Origin: Gnetum montanum | Taxonomy: Eukaryota > Plantae > Gnetophyta | Assembly (NCBI GenBank): GCA_015680685.1 | Contig: MNCI01001083.1 | Span: 111,599 to 175,598 of the forward strand | Reading direction: 5' to 3' | Length of the DNA stretch: 64,000 nucleotides | Shown: piece after piece, positions 1 to 13,400 of the stretch | Numbering within the stretch: position 1 is the stretch's first letter | How the letters are laid out: the number at the start of each line of letters is the position of its first letter | Made by a program: the position numbers and the translations under genes | Notes under the pieces: model-generated | Databases searched by the model: none | Seen by the model: only the letters and a program-made list of their open reading frames with translations | Told to the model about the DNA's origin: nothing

Positions 1-891
1 AAAATATAGGTAACATTGCTAGATTCTTTCACCTATCTTACTTAATCTTATTTCTAGTTATTTTGCTACAATATGTAGAGTTGTAATCCATTTATAGCTT
101 GAGGGTTTTCCAATGTGTTCTTCCTTGGTGGTTCAAATAGTTCATTCTCCTAGTTTAGTAGTTTCAGACATGTTATCTTGAATTGAGCTTATGATAGAAT
201 GTAAGATATAGGATAATGGTCTATTGATGATGGGACTTGGAGAGTATAATGTCATTCTTGAGTCTTAATGGTTGTCTCAATATGATGAATGACTAGATTT
301 CAACAACTAAGAAATTTTATTTGTTGCTTACACATTGCCATTACTATTTCATGATCTTAGTAGATAAAGAAACTAAATAGAAGAAAAATCATATTCCAAT
401 GATTTAAGAGTTCTTGAATGTATTTAAGAAGCATCATCTTAAAGTGTGCTTTCACAAGGAATCAAGTTTAAGATAATACTTAGGCCTAAAACTTAACCAA
501 TTTCCAAGATATGTCACCAAATGTCACTATTGAGATTGGTAAAGCTTTAGGTGTAGCTTTAGGAGTTGATGGACAAAGGTATGATTTGACCAACTATTTC
601 ACCTTGCCATGTACTAGTGCTCTTTATGAAGAAGAAGAATGGAATTTTATGGTTGTGGATCTATTAAAGGGAGTTGAATCAAATGACAATTGGAAATCAA
701 TATCATCTACCTAGGATCAATAACCTATTTGATTAGTTGATAGTATCTAAAGTATTCTCTAAGATTGATTTGAATTCTTATCATCATGAAGTTAGGTTGT
801 AAAAGGAAGATATGCCTAAGATAGATTTTAGAATAATTTATGCTTATTAAAAGTTTTTAGTTATGTATTTTAAACATACTAATATACCAAT
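1..891 (+). mobile_element. Old Ty3/gypsy chromovirus (Tekay/Del-like) pol, 5' part: protease tail and N-terminal half of RT, interrupted at about 891
   Basis: Manual translation gives LGEYNVILES*WLSQY (protease DVILGMDWL-like), ELMDKGMI*PTISPCHVLVLFMKKKNG and LPRINNLFD*LIVSKVFSKIDLNSYHHEVRL*KEDMPK..FLVMYFKHTNIP, matching LPRIDDLFDQL..VFSKIDLRSGYHQ..FLVMPFGLTNAP. Many stops. Confidence 0.85.
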
Positions 892-1063
892 AGTTTGACG
901 ATCGGGAACTTGGAAGGAGGGGTTGAATAACTTCCCTAATTAAAACAACCAAGGCAACCAAAACCACACAATTTTTAAGCTGTTCCTCAAGTACTTCTAT
1001 GCTCAAAGGGTAGAATCCCTACACATATCTAGACTTTTTTCCTTAGCAAAATGTAATTTAGAG

Positions 1064-3223
1064 TGTGACGTCTGAAAACATTAGTGGCTAGAACACTGAG
1101 AGGTTATCAGGCATATAGCCTAACCCCAGATCTGTGCGAGGGCTGTGTTGGAGAAAATGGATGTAGGGTTCCCTGAATAGTCTAGTTGATCAGTCAGGGA
1201 CTTACGTGGTGTACAATAATCATATGTAAAAATTTATTTTAAAATGTAACATGCTGAGGTTGAAATGGAACAAAAAGTGAGGTGCAAAACAATAGAAACA
1301 CATCAAAGTATGTAACCAGGAAAATAAGCATTAACAAGTACACAAAGATGCAACATATATGTTGTAGAAAAAATGGAATGAGAGTTTAGGTGAGGGAATG
1401 CACCACCCAAAAATCGAGGGATCTAATCTTTGTGTGGCTAATGATTGTGTACAACTGGTATGTAGTACTGGACAAGCACAGCTGACAATGGAACGATATA
1501 GTCACAACTCCTGGATTTTTGCCAATGGAGGTGTTAACAGGAACCATTGAGTCGATGCTTGCTAGGTTAAGAGTTGCTACGCTAGGTTGAAGAGAGATCT
1601 GGGAAGTGCTACTGCTGGGATTTTCTATTTATCCACCTTCTATTCGCCCATCTCTTCATCAAATCTTACTTCCAGAAGCCAACTACCAGAAATCCAACCC
1701 TCAAAAGCCAACCCCTAGAATGTTGTTTGTTGGGGTATTTATAGAGCCAAGAGCAAGAGAGAGATGTGGCTTAGATATCCCATGTCCTGGGTCCCACAGG
1801 GCACAAACATGGATGTGCTATGTTGATGTGCTATGCAGAATGGAATGAGGTTGGAAGTGAAACTACTGAACTGTGACCATATCATTCGAATTGCATGTAC
1901 CCAAGGGACTATCATATTTTTTAAAAAAATGCTTATGAAAAATGTAAAGTGAAGCTTACACTTCAAGACTACATCTTTCCCTCTCTTACAAGTAGGGTCA
2001 AGCATAGAGACAATTTTGGGACTCAACAAGGGATGCAACAAGCAAGGCAAACTGCTGATGTCACTTGCCGAGGAGATGCTGGGGTAAAAATTATCATCGA
2101 CGATAAGTCCTGGAGCTTCCGGAGATGTCCTGTAGATTATTTTCAAGTGTTATGCTACTCATGCTTCTCAATGTAGTTGGGTAGCATGAACACCTGCACA
2201 CTATGTTGTGCTATGTTGCATAGCGTAGCACAGCATAACAACCACCTTTAAGACGGATCTTGCTCGAAAATCTAGCCATTACACTTTTCATGTTAAAAGA
2301 GCCTAAGACTTCCTAGTTTCATCTTTAGGGCACTTTTAACTACGATGTCTCTGCTATGTTGTGCACCATAGCATAGCATAGAACCTACTCTGACATGAAT
2401 TTGATCTTAATCTGCAATGCTTTATCAAGTGAATTTGATCAGACTCTGAAGGTGGAGTGGGATGGGCAGTCTTTGAGATCAAGGCATGGCCAAGTGTAAT
2501 TCTTTTGTCAAAGCAATGTGAGAAAAGGCTTTCTTAGTGCTGGCATCCCGCTATGCTATGCTATGCTATGCAGCATAGCACAATGTAGCATCCAAATTGG
2601 GGTGGCTTTTGCAAAATTTTCCTATGTCACATCGATCACACTTCAAGGGTAGAGTAAGGCAAGCATCCTTAAAGATTAAAGAATGGTCAAGTGCATTTTC
2701 TTTGTCAACACAATTTTAGGGAAGATTGTGTTATGGTTGGCACCTTGCTACGCTGTGCAATGTAGCACAGCATAGCACCCAAAATGGAATGACTTTTGCA
2801 ACATTTCCCATAATTTTTTTCATGCTACGTTGATCATATTCTAAGGATGAAGTACGGTAGGCATCCTTAAGGATTGAATGTCTACCAACTACACCTTCTA
2901 TGTCTAATGTAACACTTGCAATGTTTTAACACCACATGGCCTACTACGCTATGTAGTGTAGTAGGCCTCATAGTTAGAAAATTTTCCAAACTGTGCGGTC
3001 CATGCTCAGTGCCACATTTGTGCAAACTAGCTTCATGACTAGTGCTGCATTGACTATGCTGTAGAGGATGTCAAGCAAGCTCGGAAGTGGCTTCACAGGC
3101 ATTAGGAATTCCAGGGTGCCATGTTGTCTGCATGGTTTAGCGTGATACTGTGCTTCTAGAGATCCTTGCCCAAATTTTGAGACTATGCTGAATTATGAGG
3201 GTCCCAAAATTTATGGTGTTTTA
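1064..3223 (-). repeat. Tat-1 3' LTR
   Basis: Starts TGTGACG..., ends ...GGTGTTTTA and aligns along its length with 18742-20927. Adjacent PPT reads AAAGAGGGGCCAT on the minus strand (3224-3236). Confidence 0.93.
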
Positions 3224-4695
3224 ATGGCCCCTCTTTGTTGATGTCTAGAGGATCTACTCGAGAGATGTCAACAAAGGAAAGGAAACACCATGCTGAATGC
3301 GACACCCATACAGTTTGTCAGTGCCCGCTTAGATAATGCTTTGCTATGCTTGGGAGTGCTAGGAGGGCTAAATATAATAGAGAAAGGGGATGGGTTTGAG
3401 GAAATTGGGCTAGAAAAAAGGAAAGGTGTAGGATGCATTATCATGAGAACCATTGCCATAGTGTGATCCCTCGTTGAAGTGCTTATGAGGGATTCGGCAC
3501 ATATGAGTGGATTCTCCCTTTGGGTTTCAACCTCTCATTGGAGTGCTTAAAGGTGATTGATCCAAAGCTGAGACAATTACAAAGAAGTTGTGTCATTTGT
3601 CTCTTGCACTTGGCTATATCACCATTTTTTTGAGAGAAATCACACACTTATGTTCATTCGAAGGTAACTATTTCATTGCTATAGGACAAGTGTATCCTCC
3701 CCAGGATGAGTTTATGTTACATCCATGTGGGGCTTTGGCCAATCTACAGAGGCTTCCCATAGGATGAGCTACATTACATTCATCATGGGCTTGGTGATTG
3801 GGCATGGGAAAGGGCTTTATGTGCATTTGAAAAGCTTGGAAGGAAGATGTTGAAAATTGTAAGGATAGGGAATGGAGATTAAGTTGGCTGAAGGGAGAGT
3901 ATGATATGCACTCTCAAGTAGCTAGGTTGATCGAAGTGAGTACTTCAAAATAATGTAGTTTCTTGTTCTCATGGTGGAACACATTCCTAAATAATGCCAT
4001 CTTGGCTTTTATCCTGCAAATGCAACAAAGAGAAAATCATAAAAACAACTAGCATATGAGGTGACGGCAGAGTCCTATTTGCTTAGGACACTATTGAATT
4101 GGCATCTGCTATGTCTGATGTGTGTAATGTATGAAGCAAGAAGGCCAGTATTAGCTTTAGCAATAGCAGGACGAAAAGCTTCAACAGCCCTGCCCAAAAT
4201 GAACATTGAAGAGGCTAGGAGCAATGGTGATGCAAGTGCTCAGGAATCCCTACCAAAAACAAGAATCATGAAATTCAACTACAAAGTGAGAAGCCTAATA
4301 GTTGAATGTCATTTTAGACTCTGACGATGGTGAGGGCTGGAGGATGCTAGGACTACGATTGCACCATAGTTCTTTTGGGACTCTAGCAAGGACTACTGAT
4401 GATGGGATCCATGAACAAACTGATTGGTGATGGCAACAATAGCTTTGGAAGGTCAGCAAGATGCCATATGGCATCTCTAGAAGATCAGCAAGATGCTAGG
4501 GATGATGATGCTACATGTATCCTAGAGGGTTTTTTCTTGATGACATGAACTTCATTCTAGAACTACAACGTCCCACCCCATCTTTCCTAGGAAGCTCAAA
4601 GATATACACGGTCTCTTGTTCACAAAGTCACATGTGTGAGCTAGGAGGTGTTGCACTACGAACCCAATTTTAGGTCTTGGGAGACCGTCAGATGT

Positions 4696-4975
4696 GCTAG
4701 TTTAAGGTTCGGGTAGACCAAGCTATACTAGTTTAAGGTCCCAGTAGACCATCGTGCTAGTTTAACATCATAGTGGATGGAGGATGGCTAGTTTAAGGTC
4801 ATAGCAGACCATGTTGTGGGTGCTAGTTTTACGTCATGGCCCAAGGATAATTTGTGGATGCTAGTTTTATGTCATGGCCCAAAGACATGTTGTGCTAGTT
4901 TAATGTCATAGCATACATTCTATGCCAGTTTTACGTCATAGCAGATGATCTGTGCCAGTTTTACGTCATAGCAGA
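4696..4975. repeat. Tandem array (about 9 copies, about 30 bp) of CTAGTTTAAGGTC..GACC motif downstream of Tat-1 integrase
   Basis: Repeated ctagtttaaggtc(n6-8)gacc and ctagttttacgtcatagcaga units visible directly. Confidence 0.85.
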
Positions 4976-4999
4976 TAATTTTCTTACCTTGCTTTATGT

Positions 5000-6260
5000 T
5001 CAACATGATCTTGCATGTTTAGCATGGTATGGTTTTAGGTACAAATGATTGACAGGATTTGGATATTCATTGCCATCTACGTTAGCCAGCTTGAATGCCC
5101 CATTCTCATATGCTTTTGTAACTACAAAGGGGTCTTCCCAATTGGCTGAGAATTTTCTCACGGGTTCATGAATGACCTTGAGAAGTAAGTCCCTCTTTTT
5201 GATCGGTCGTTGGTGCAAATTGCAGTGATGTTTCTGCCATTGCCTCTCTTGGTACCACTTGATGCGGTTAAGTGTTTGGGTGTGCTCCTCCTCTACAGAG
5301 TTAAGGTTAATGATCCTTGACTATTGTTTTGAGCCTCATCCATGATGTTTGAAAGGATCATTCAAAGCAATGGGACCTGCAATTCAAGAGGTAACACTAC
5401 TTCAAATTTGTATACAAGACTATATCGGGTCTTACCTATAGTCGTCCTGCATGTTGTGCGATAAGCCCAAAGCACAGAGAGGATTTTCTTGTGCCATCAC
5501 CTCTTGCTATTGCTAAGCATCCTTTTCAAAAGGTTTATGATGACTTTATTGGTAGCCTCTGCTTGGCCATTTGCCTGGGGCTAATATGGCAATGAAAAAG
5601 AATGTTTGATACCAAGACTTTCACAAAAGGCTTTGGTTTCTATGCTACTGAATTGTGGCCTCTTGTCAGTAACAATAGTCATGGGAAGGCCAAATCGTGT
5701 AACTATATTGTCAAACATGAACCTACAAATTTGTTGGGACGTGATCTTTCTGAGAGGAATAGCTTCTACCCATTTTGTAAAGTACTCAGTTGCGGTAATA
5801 ATGAAACTATGTCCTATAGAAGACATAGGTGTAATGGGTCCTATGATGTCTAGTCCCCAACATTGAAAGGGCCATGTGATTTGTGTGATATGCAGTTCAG
5901 TAGGCGACACATGTATGAGGTTCCCATGACATTGACATACATCACATGTCCTTACTTTAGCAATGCAATCATGTTGCATGTGAGGCCAGTATTAGCCCAG
6001 TCATCTAATTTTCATTACCATAGCTCTAGGAGCTATGTTCCCTCCACACAATCCTTTATGGACTTCATCAACAATTTTTTGTGCTTCATCCCCATTAACA
6101 CAAAACCAGCAATATCCCATCATAAGAGCATTTTCATAAAGTGTTGTCTCCTACAAGGACATATTGTTGTGCTCACTTTTGTGTTGTATCCCTTTGGGCA
6201 GGTGTCAGGTTGTGTGGGGGTTCACCATGTTGGAGGTATGTTTTAATGTCATCATACCAT
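5000..6260 (-). pseudogene. Tat-1 integrase (zinc-binding, rve core, GPF-like tail), disrupted
   Basis: ORF 5581-5979 CDVCQCHGN..WPFQCWGLDIIGPI..ITATEYFTKWVEAIPL..IVTRFGLP..IVTD; ORF 5000-5218 KFSANWEDPFVVTKAYENGAFKL..PVNHLYLKPYH. Confidence 0.93.
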
Positions 6261-6369
6261 TCTTGAGTATGTATTGTACTTATATATGTGATATTTGCTA
6301 TGTGAATGATAAGGTCAATGCATTTCATTATCGCAGTAGGTAAGGTGGTAAACATGTGTGGAAGCACAC

Positions 6370-6745
6370 TTCAAACTAACATGGCTAGCGCATCGACTAT
6401 AGTATTTTTGTTACAGGGTACATGTTGGATGTCTAAGATTGCAAACTACTTCAGTAAGCATCTAGCCAAATCATAGTAAGGCTACAAATGTTATGCCTTG
6501 CAAGCATAAGCTTATGTAATCTGGTTAATGATTAATTGTGAGTCACCTCGAAGTTCTAAGTTTTGGATCCCCGACTCTCAAGCTGCTAGAACGACTCTAA
6601 GGAGACCCTCATATTCTACTATATTTTTTGTGCAGATAAATGTCAAGTGATATGTGAATGGTTGAATTTCCCTAGAGGGGAATGTGAGAATGGCAGTGGT
6701 GCTACGACCTTGTGTAGTTGAAGCATCATCAAAATGTAGAATGGC
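6370..6745 (-). pseudogene. Tat-1 additional (archaeal-type) RNase H, aRH
   Basis: Minus-strand LHFDDAS (LYFDG-like), EYEGLL, RGDSQLIINQI, QHVPCNKNTIVDALA. Lies between RH and INT as in the Tat clade. Confidence 0.85.
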
Positions 6746-6859
6746 TTCGAAATTTGGTGGTACAGGGTTTATGCTACTGACATGCTCATCTAGGAATTCA
6801 GGTTCTATTATTGCTTGGTCATTGGTGGGTGAAGTCGTGAGTTACGTAGCTATTGCTTG

Positions 6860-8448
6860 ACCCTTTATAGATTATTGTGCTATATAGCATAGATCAAATT
6901 TTGCACTTATGGCTTTCCATCAGGCTATCCTGCTACTTTCGTACATATTGGTTGTAATAGCCCAAAGTATGTAACTTTTGCAAATAATGTTTACTTGGCT
7001 TCGAGACAATTAATGCCTCCACTTTTTAAGTGCGAATACTAAAGCAAGACAATTTTTCTCCACCTCGTTGTACTTTGATTCATGAGCTATCAACACATGA
7101 ATTAAGTAGTAAAAAGGGATTTTGGAACCATCATCCCTCTTTTAGCACAACAAAGCAGCAATAGACATGTGTGAAGTGGTGAGATAAATGTAAAAAGGCT
7201 TATCTCTCTATGGAGGGTAAACAATGGGAAGATGGTCAAGCTCTTTCTTTTAGCTATCAAAAGCTTCTTAACATTGATTTGTCCATTCAAAGTTAACTCC
7301 CTTTTTAAGCAAGTGTTGCATTGGATGCAACTTATTAGTTAACCTTGTGATAAATCTTCATATGAATTGTACCCTACCTTGTAGCCTGTGCAATTCCTTA
7401 AGGTTTGCAGGTTGTGCCAAGTTAACAATGGCCTTAACTTTATCATGGTCCACTTGTATCCCCATTTTTGACACTACAAAACCTAACATGCATCCAGTTT
7501 TAACTCTAAAAACATATTTTCTTGGGTTGAGGTGAAGTTCATGCCTTTGACAACATTGAAGGACCAAGTTTAGGTCAGTTGCATGATTTGTAGCTTTCTC
7601 AAATTTAATGGCTATATCATCCACGTAATCATTTAGCTTCTCTAAAAGATAATAACTAAAGATGTAGGTCATCACCCGCTAGTACGTTGCTCCTACATTT
7701 TTTATCCCAAAGGGCATCATTGTGTAACAGAAGGTTTCCTAAGGGATCATGAAAGTAGTTGCTAGCTAATGTTCTGGATTTATGCGGATTTGATTGTAGC
7801 TTGAGAACCCATCCATAAAGGACAGTAAGGCATGACCGGCCATAGTATTGATAAGTTGGTCGATATTAGGCAATAGGAAATCATCCTTAATTGTTGCCTT
7901 ATTCAAGTCCTGGAAGTCTATATAGATTCATATACTCCTAGTTTTCTTGGGAACAACTATGATGTTTGAAACCCAGTCTAAATTATCAATAGCCTGGATA
8001 AAACCAACCTGATAAATTTTGGTGATTTCATCACGTATAGCTAAGGTAATCTCTAGTTTGATCTTGTAGACTTTTTGTTTGACTACCTTGACATGTGAAT
8101 CTAGGATGATATTATGTTGTATGGTGCATGGGTCTAAGCTTGGCATATCTTCATATGACCATGCAAACACTTTGGCATTATCATTAAGGACTTTAGAGAT
8201 GTTTTATTTAATCTATGACTCTAGTAAAGAGCTAACCTTTAATGTGCCTGCCTCGCCTCTAGATGTAGTCATGGGGATTTCAATAAAGGGGTCCTCAGTT
8301 ACATCACCAGCTTCTAAATCTAAAGGTTGGACTATATGTTCAGGCTAGTCCAGGGATTTTTCTAAGGATGCTATGTTGGTATCATAAGGAGAAGGTTCCA
8401 AGTCTACCAACTCTATGTTCAAGTACCTCATGAGTTTGCCATGAGGTC
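6860..8448 (-). pseudogene. Tat-1 reverse transcriptase and RNase H, disrupted
   Basis: FAWSYEDMP, DWVSNIIVVPKK, DFQDLNKATIKDDFLLPNIDQL, FMDGFSSYNQI, MMPFGIKNVGATY, YVDD at about 7616-7627, EKNCLALVFA. Confidence 0.93.
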
Positions 8449-8606
8449 CTGTCAAGATTAAGAACAAATGGAGATCAACATGCATAGGCATTTTTCAAAG
8501 CACTGTTGCAAAATAAGAAAAGCAAACAGATGTCAAGTGATACCTACTTAATAAAGCAACATGCAATGAAATATATGTAAGTTGATTATGCAGTGTCACA
8601 TAATTT

Positions 8607-8932
8607 CTAGTTTAAGGTCTTAGTCGACCACAACCATGTGAAATTATATTTCAAAATTGCCAGTTTAATGTCTTAGTGGACCGTGATTGTGCAAAATTAT
8701 AAGTCAACGAGGTCAAACTTGCTATTTTAAGGTCATAGTAGACTACGATTGTGCAAAATTATAAGTCAACAAGGTGAAACTTGCCAATTTAAGGTCGCAG
8801 TGGACCATGTCTGTGCAAAATTATAAGCCAAAATTGCTAGTTTAAGATCGTAGCAGACTGTGACTGTGCAAAATTATAAGTCAAAATTGCCAGTTTAAGG
8901 TCATAGCGGACCATGATTATGCAAAATTATAA
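8607..8932. repeat. Tandem array (6 copies, about 55-62 bp) containing the same AGTTTAAGGTC..GACC motif plus GTGCAAAATTATAAG
   Basis: Units start near 8607, 8660, 8721, 8783, 8837 and 8890. Confidence 0.88.
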
Positions 8933-9109
8933 GAATGAGGTGAAAATTTTGGTGTATTCATGTGCTACGCTGCAGTAGATATGGGATGTCCCATGCTATG
9001 CTGCAGGGAACAGGAGCATTCTGCATTACACGTGGGGTGCAAGACATCTCGTGTAACACACGGGACATGGAATGTCCTAAAAAGTAACAAGTGTTGTAAC
9101 CCTGTAAGT

Positions 9110-9117
9110 TATAAATA
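9110..9117 (+). promoter_or_regulatory. Candidate TATA box of the antisense gene inside Tat-1
   Basis: TATAAATA oriented toward the plus-strand ORF remnants at 10.4-13.7 kb. Function is inferred only. Confidence 0.3.
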
Positions 9118-10409
9118 GGAGATTACTCATGGTAATCTTGTCATTTTCACTGTTAGAGATAACACCCAGAGCATAGCGTGGTTTGGACAGAGAAGCAACG
9201 TAGTAGTTGCAGCGTAGCAATTGATACACCCAAGTTTGACAACAAGATGATGGCTCGCAAGAGTGAACATAGGCACCAAGGTCTCACCAACGTGGATGAA
9301 GGGGAATGCACCTTTTGATGTCTCCCCAAGGCATGCATTGAGGAATGACAAGAAGCACCGTCTACCTAGTAAGTTTCTATGCTACCCTTGCTTACATTGT
9401 GCGATCTATTAAATGAGGCTGTTACTGTAATCATCGCACCTAGTGGTTGCGGTCATTATCATCATGACACTACGACCTCTATCATTATGGCCTTGCCCAT
9501 TGCCGTAGCTGCTACACTGTGCTTATTGCGCATCGCTACCATGGCTACCATTGTTGTGGGTGGGACGATGTATCATTTTAAGGGTTTTGAAGGTTCTGGG
9601 TGATGTAGCACACGTTCTAGGCAACGTAGCACCCATAGAGGGAGTTCTAGTTTGCAAGGTTTCCAAGCAACGTAGCCCATGTTTTGGGCAGAATAGCATG
9701 TGTAGAGGGGATTTTAGTTTATATTTTATTTTGTTACATTCCATGCAGTGGAACAAGGTTGGGGCTACGAAAACATTTTGTGTTTCTTCTTCGGGCCATG
9801 TTACTTTTATCAGCATGATTGATAAGCTATGTTGTATTTTTGGTGCCTGTTATGCTATGCTATCACACTACTAAGCTACCATACTTGCTATGCTACTATG
9901 CTTGCTACATTGTCATACCTACTATGTTGTTATGCCTATTATGCTGCTATGCTACTATACCTGTTACGCTACTATGCCTATCACACTGCATGGGATGTAG
10001 CTATTGCATTGCCATGTTGTGCGTGATGTGGTTGCTACGCTACATGAGATGTACCTACTACACTGTGTCATGTGCTACGCTACTACGCTATGCATAACAC
10101 AATTGCTATGCTATATGGGATAATTCATGAAACGATAAACTGATACTTGACACAAATTTTGGGTTTGCTTCATCGACCCGAGGGCATGACGTTTCGTACT
10201 TATGAAAAATTTGCATACCAGGAGCTGCTACGCTACACAGTAACTGTCACTTAAATACTGTGAACTAACGCTTTGTGCAACACCATGTAGGGTCATGTTA
10301 AAACCCATCTTGATCGTGATCAAGCTAGTAGGGGTTCTATGCTACCTAAGTGCCCCCATGGCTAACGTTCCCCCTTACTACGCATGGGTAAGGGACCAAG
10401 TGATCTAGT

Positions 10410-13400
10410 TTTAGGAAGGTGTGCCAAAATTCTTAGAGTTTCTCCTTCACCACTATAGTGTGATGGTATGGTCACACTTGTTTGGCAAGACAACTAGTGT
10501 TCATATTGAAACATTATTGCTTAGGGAAAACCAAGACATTTTTAAGTTTATGGCTGATGAGTTCATTGAATGCGAAGGGGTAGGGAGCTCAAATCGATGC
10601 CCAAAAGGTTTGAGACACTTTTCTTGGATTTGGGCTATGCCTAAATTTAAGTGTTACCATAGGTACAACACCTTGTTTTTCACTCGTCACATGGGCACTT
10701 TCTTCCAGAATCCACATGGGACTGTCTACTATGCCGACGAGTGAGTCCTATGAAGATACTTAGGCATGTTATACCATTTGTTTTACATAGTTGCAATGCT
10801 TATTATGCTCTGCGTGTCACCAAATTTTTCATTGACAAAGATGGTGTCCACGATCAAGAGGGGGCATTGGCATTGGCCCAAAAATCCTTACAAGAATTCT
10901 CTTCAACAAAGAATGTGTGTGTCGATGTCATAAAACAACTTGGGACCGAATTTAGGACCTATCCAACCATGTATGCTAAGCTCTATCTAAAATGCAAAGA
11001 ACTTGGATGGTTGGATGGAGAATGGGCATCCTGTCATGTGCCCACCACGAAAGAATTTCTAGTGAACGTACCACTATTCTCTACACTGTTCGCACTGGGT
11101 GGGTTAGATTACACATGTATTTTTGTATGCTCTTGATTGATCAGTTTTGTTAATTTCATTTCTTTTGGTGTTTTTAGTTTTTTTTTACCTTTTTAGTTAT
11201 TGCAATGATGGCCAAGTCTATAGAGGTTATGGTAATCACGTCAAGACATGATGAAACTAACCTCTTGTTTAAATATAGTGAAGTGGGCGAGACATAACAT
11301 TCGTTATGCAATGGGGCCCCAGCCACCCTTATTCAGAATGTTCAAGAGGCTAGGCTCATGGACCATTTTTAGTAGTAAATCCAAGCATTCTAGATGTAGA
11401 GATACTCGCCCATGTTGATTCTTTTATGGAAAAGGTTGAACACTTTCACACGTGGGTGCATAATGTGTAGGTGGTGTTTGAGATCACTAACAGCCTCTTC
11501 ATAGATCTCTTTAGTGTTCCTTCTGATGGCTTACATATAGGGGACAAAACCAACAAATATGTAAACCATCAAGAGGACATAGAAGAATGGCTAGGGACTA
11601 GCAAAGATCAAAAGGGGATTTACATGCAAAAGGTCAAGCTAGAGGTAGCCCATAAGGTTTACCTTGTCTTCCAAGCTTGTGCTTTCCCTAAGTTACTTTT
11701 CAAAGGTAAAATTCTTAGGGTGGAGTAGGTTTGGATTATGAGGGATGTCATAGAAGAAGGGACTCGCTATAATTAGGCTAAGTATCTTGCCGAGGGTTTG
11801 TAGGCTAAAATGGTTAAGCTTCATGAGAAGCTTGATGCACATTTTAATGTGCATTTCGCCTTTTTCATCACTTTCCTACGACGATTTGCTGAATTCTTGG
11901 TGGTCCAAGAGAATGGCATCTGGGTGTTGCAGGATCACACCCAGATATCCAAACCATGGATTTGCCAAGTATTCTACACCACTCGATCCTAGGACCTCCC
12001 AAAAGCTATTGGGAAATAATTTTCGATAACAACAAAGGATCAGGTGGGACGACCCTTTTATGCACAAGATAGTGTTGGACAAGTGCCTCCCACTAACATA
12101 GGAAATGTGGTAAGGGGGGCATGCCTTATTACTGAAATGGTGAAATCAAAGTTGCAACGCAAAAAATCTCATCCCATGGAAGAACCTCCATGCACCAGTG
12201 AAGAAAGAGGCAAAATATTGCAGATTAAGGTTCGTAAAGTGCAGCCTACATTTTTTGGTGAGTATGGTTTAATCGTCTTGTTAGCTACCCCTCCACCCTT
12301 TTTTATATTAGACTAGCATGCTCACTTCAGATGTGTTTAACAGATGATGAAGAAGAAGAGGCCCTAGCTATAGAGGGGGAGGCCCCTACCATAGAGGAAG
12401 AGGTCCTTGTTGTAGATGAACCTTTCGTAGAGTGTGCCCCAACACCTGAGGGGCACATGATGGTTGAAGACGCTACTACACTGTTAAGTCAGCTTGAAGG
12501 TGAAGGGCTATATTTTGACACTAGTGAGTTTGACAATTTGCTTGATAGTGCACCGATGGGGGATCTCCCCACTCTCACCCCTAAGGGTTTGTTGGGTAGG
12601 AACTTTGCACTATCGTTTATGTTACTTTTCAGTTTTGTTTTCCTCTTCTTCACCATGCTAACATGCTTTTTTGCGTAGAAAATGCTACTATTAAGGCTCC
12701 TAATTCTTCCTCTTCATTTTGCCTCCAACCGTGGACAGAGACCCTAGATAAGTTTACCTTTATCAAGGGGGTAGTTGATGACATGATCAATCACTTAAGG
12801 AAAATTAATCCTGAGATAGGTGTATTTGAGCTACAATGTTTTCTTCTTGCATTATATCTTTTTCATCATCTCATGACTAATGCTTCCTCATGTTGGGTAT
12901 AACAGCTTCTTGACTGAAGTGGGATCCAAGACAGGTGGTCAAAGTTGACATTGTGCCTAAACTCCCTCTAGAGGTAACTGAGGTGCCTCATGATGTATAC
13001 AAGGAGGCAAGTAAATATGCACTGTACTCGGCACAATTCCTGTGGGAGTGCAGGCACGTTAACGAAGACCTCTGGAAGTAGGTCTAGAAGCTTGAAAAGG
13101 AGGAAGCTAGTCAAGTGGTTGAGTTGGAGGACTTACGACCATGAAATGAATTCGTGATGGCTTGTGACACTTTCGATGGCAGTTGGTGTATGACCGTGAT
13201 TGATTATGCAAGATATTGGTCAACTGTATGAGGTAAAAATGAGGCTACCCATGAGATAATTGAACAACGCATACAAATGGATCTACTAGCCTAGAAAAAC
13301 CATGACTAGAAAGATTATAGTGCCAAGGTGTATGAATGGGGGCAAGCATAGAAAAATCATAAACACATGTACAAGGTGGAACGTGCTGCTTATCGTCAAA

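Noticed and set aside
876-892. Apparent reverse PBS (ACTAATATACCAAT) before the SIRE LTR
   Set aside because: It is the decayed TNAP codons of the host Tekay RT, which continues at 47333.
1606-2176. ORFs in the Tat-1 LTRs (also 19341-19730 and 20489-20800)
   Set aside because: Frames are not conserved between the two LTR copies and carry no recognisable motif.
9819-10097. Cys/Tyr/Leu-rich ORFs
   Set aside because: Translation of the GCTAT/GCTAC low-complexity repeat.
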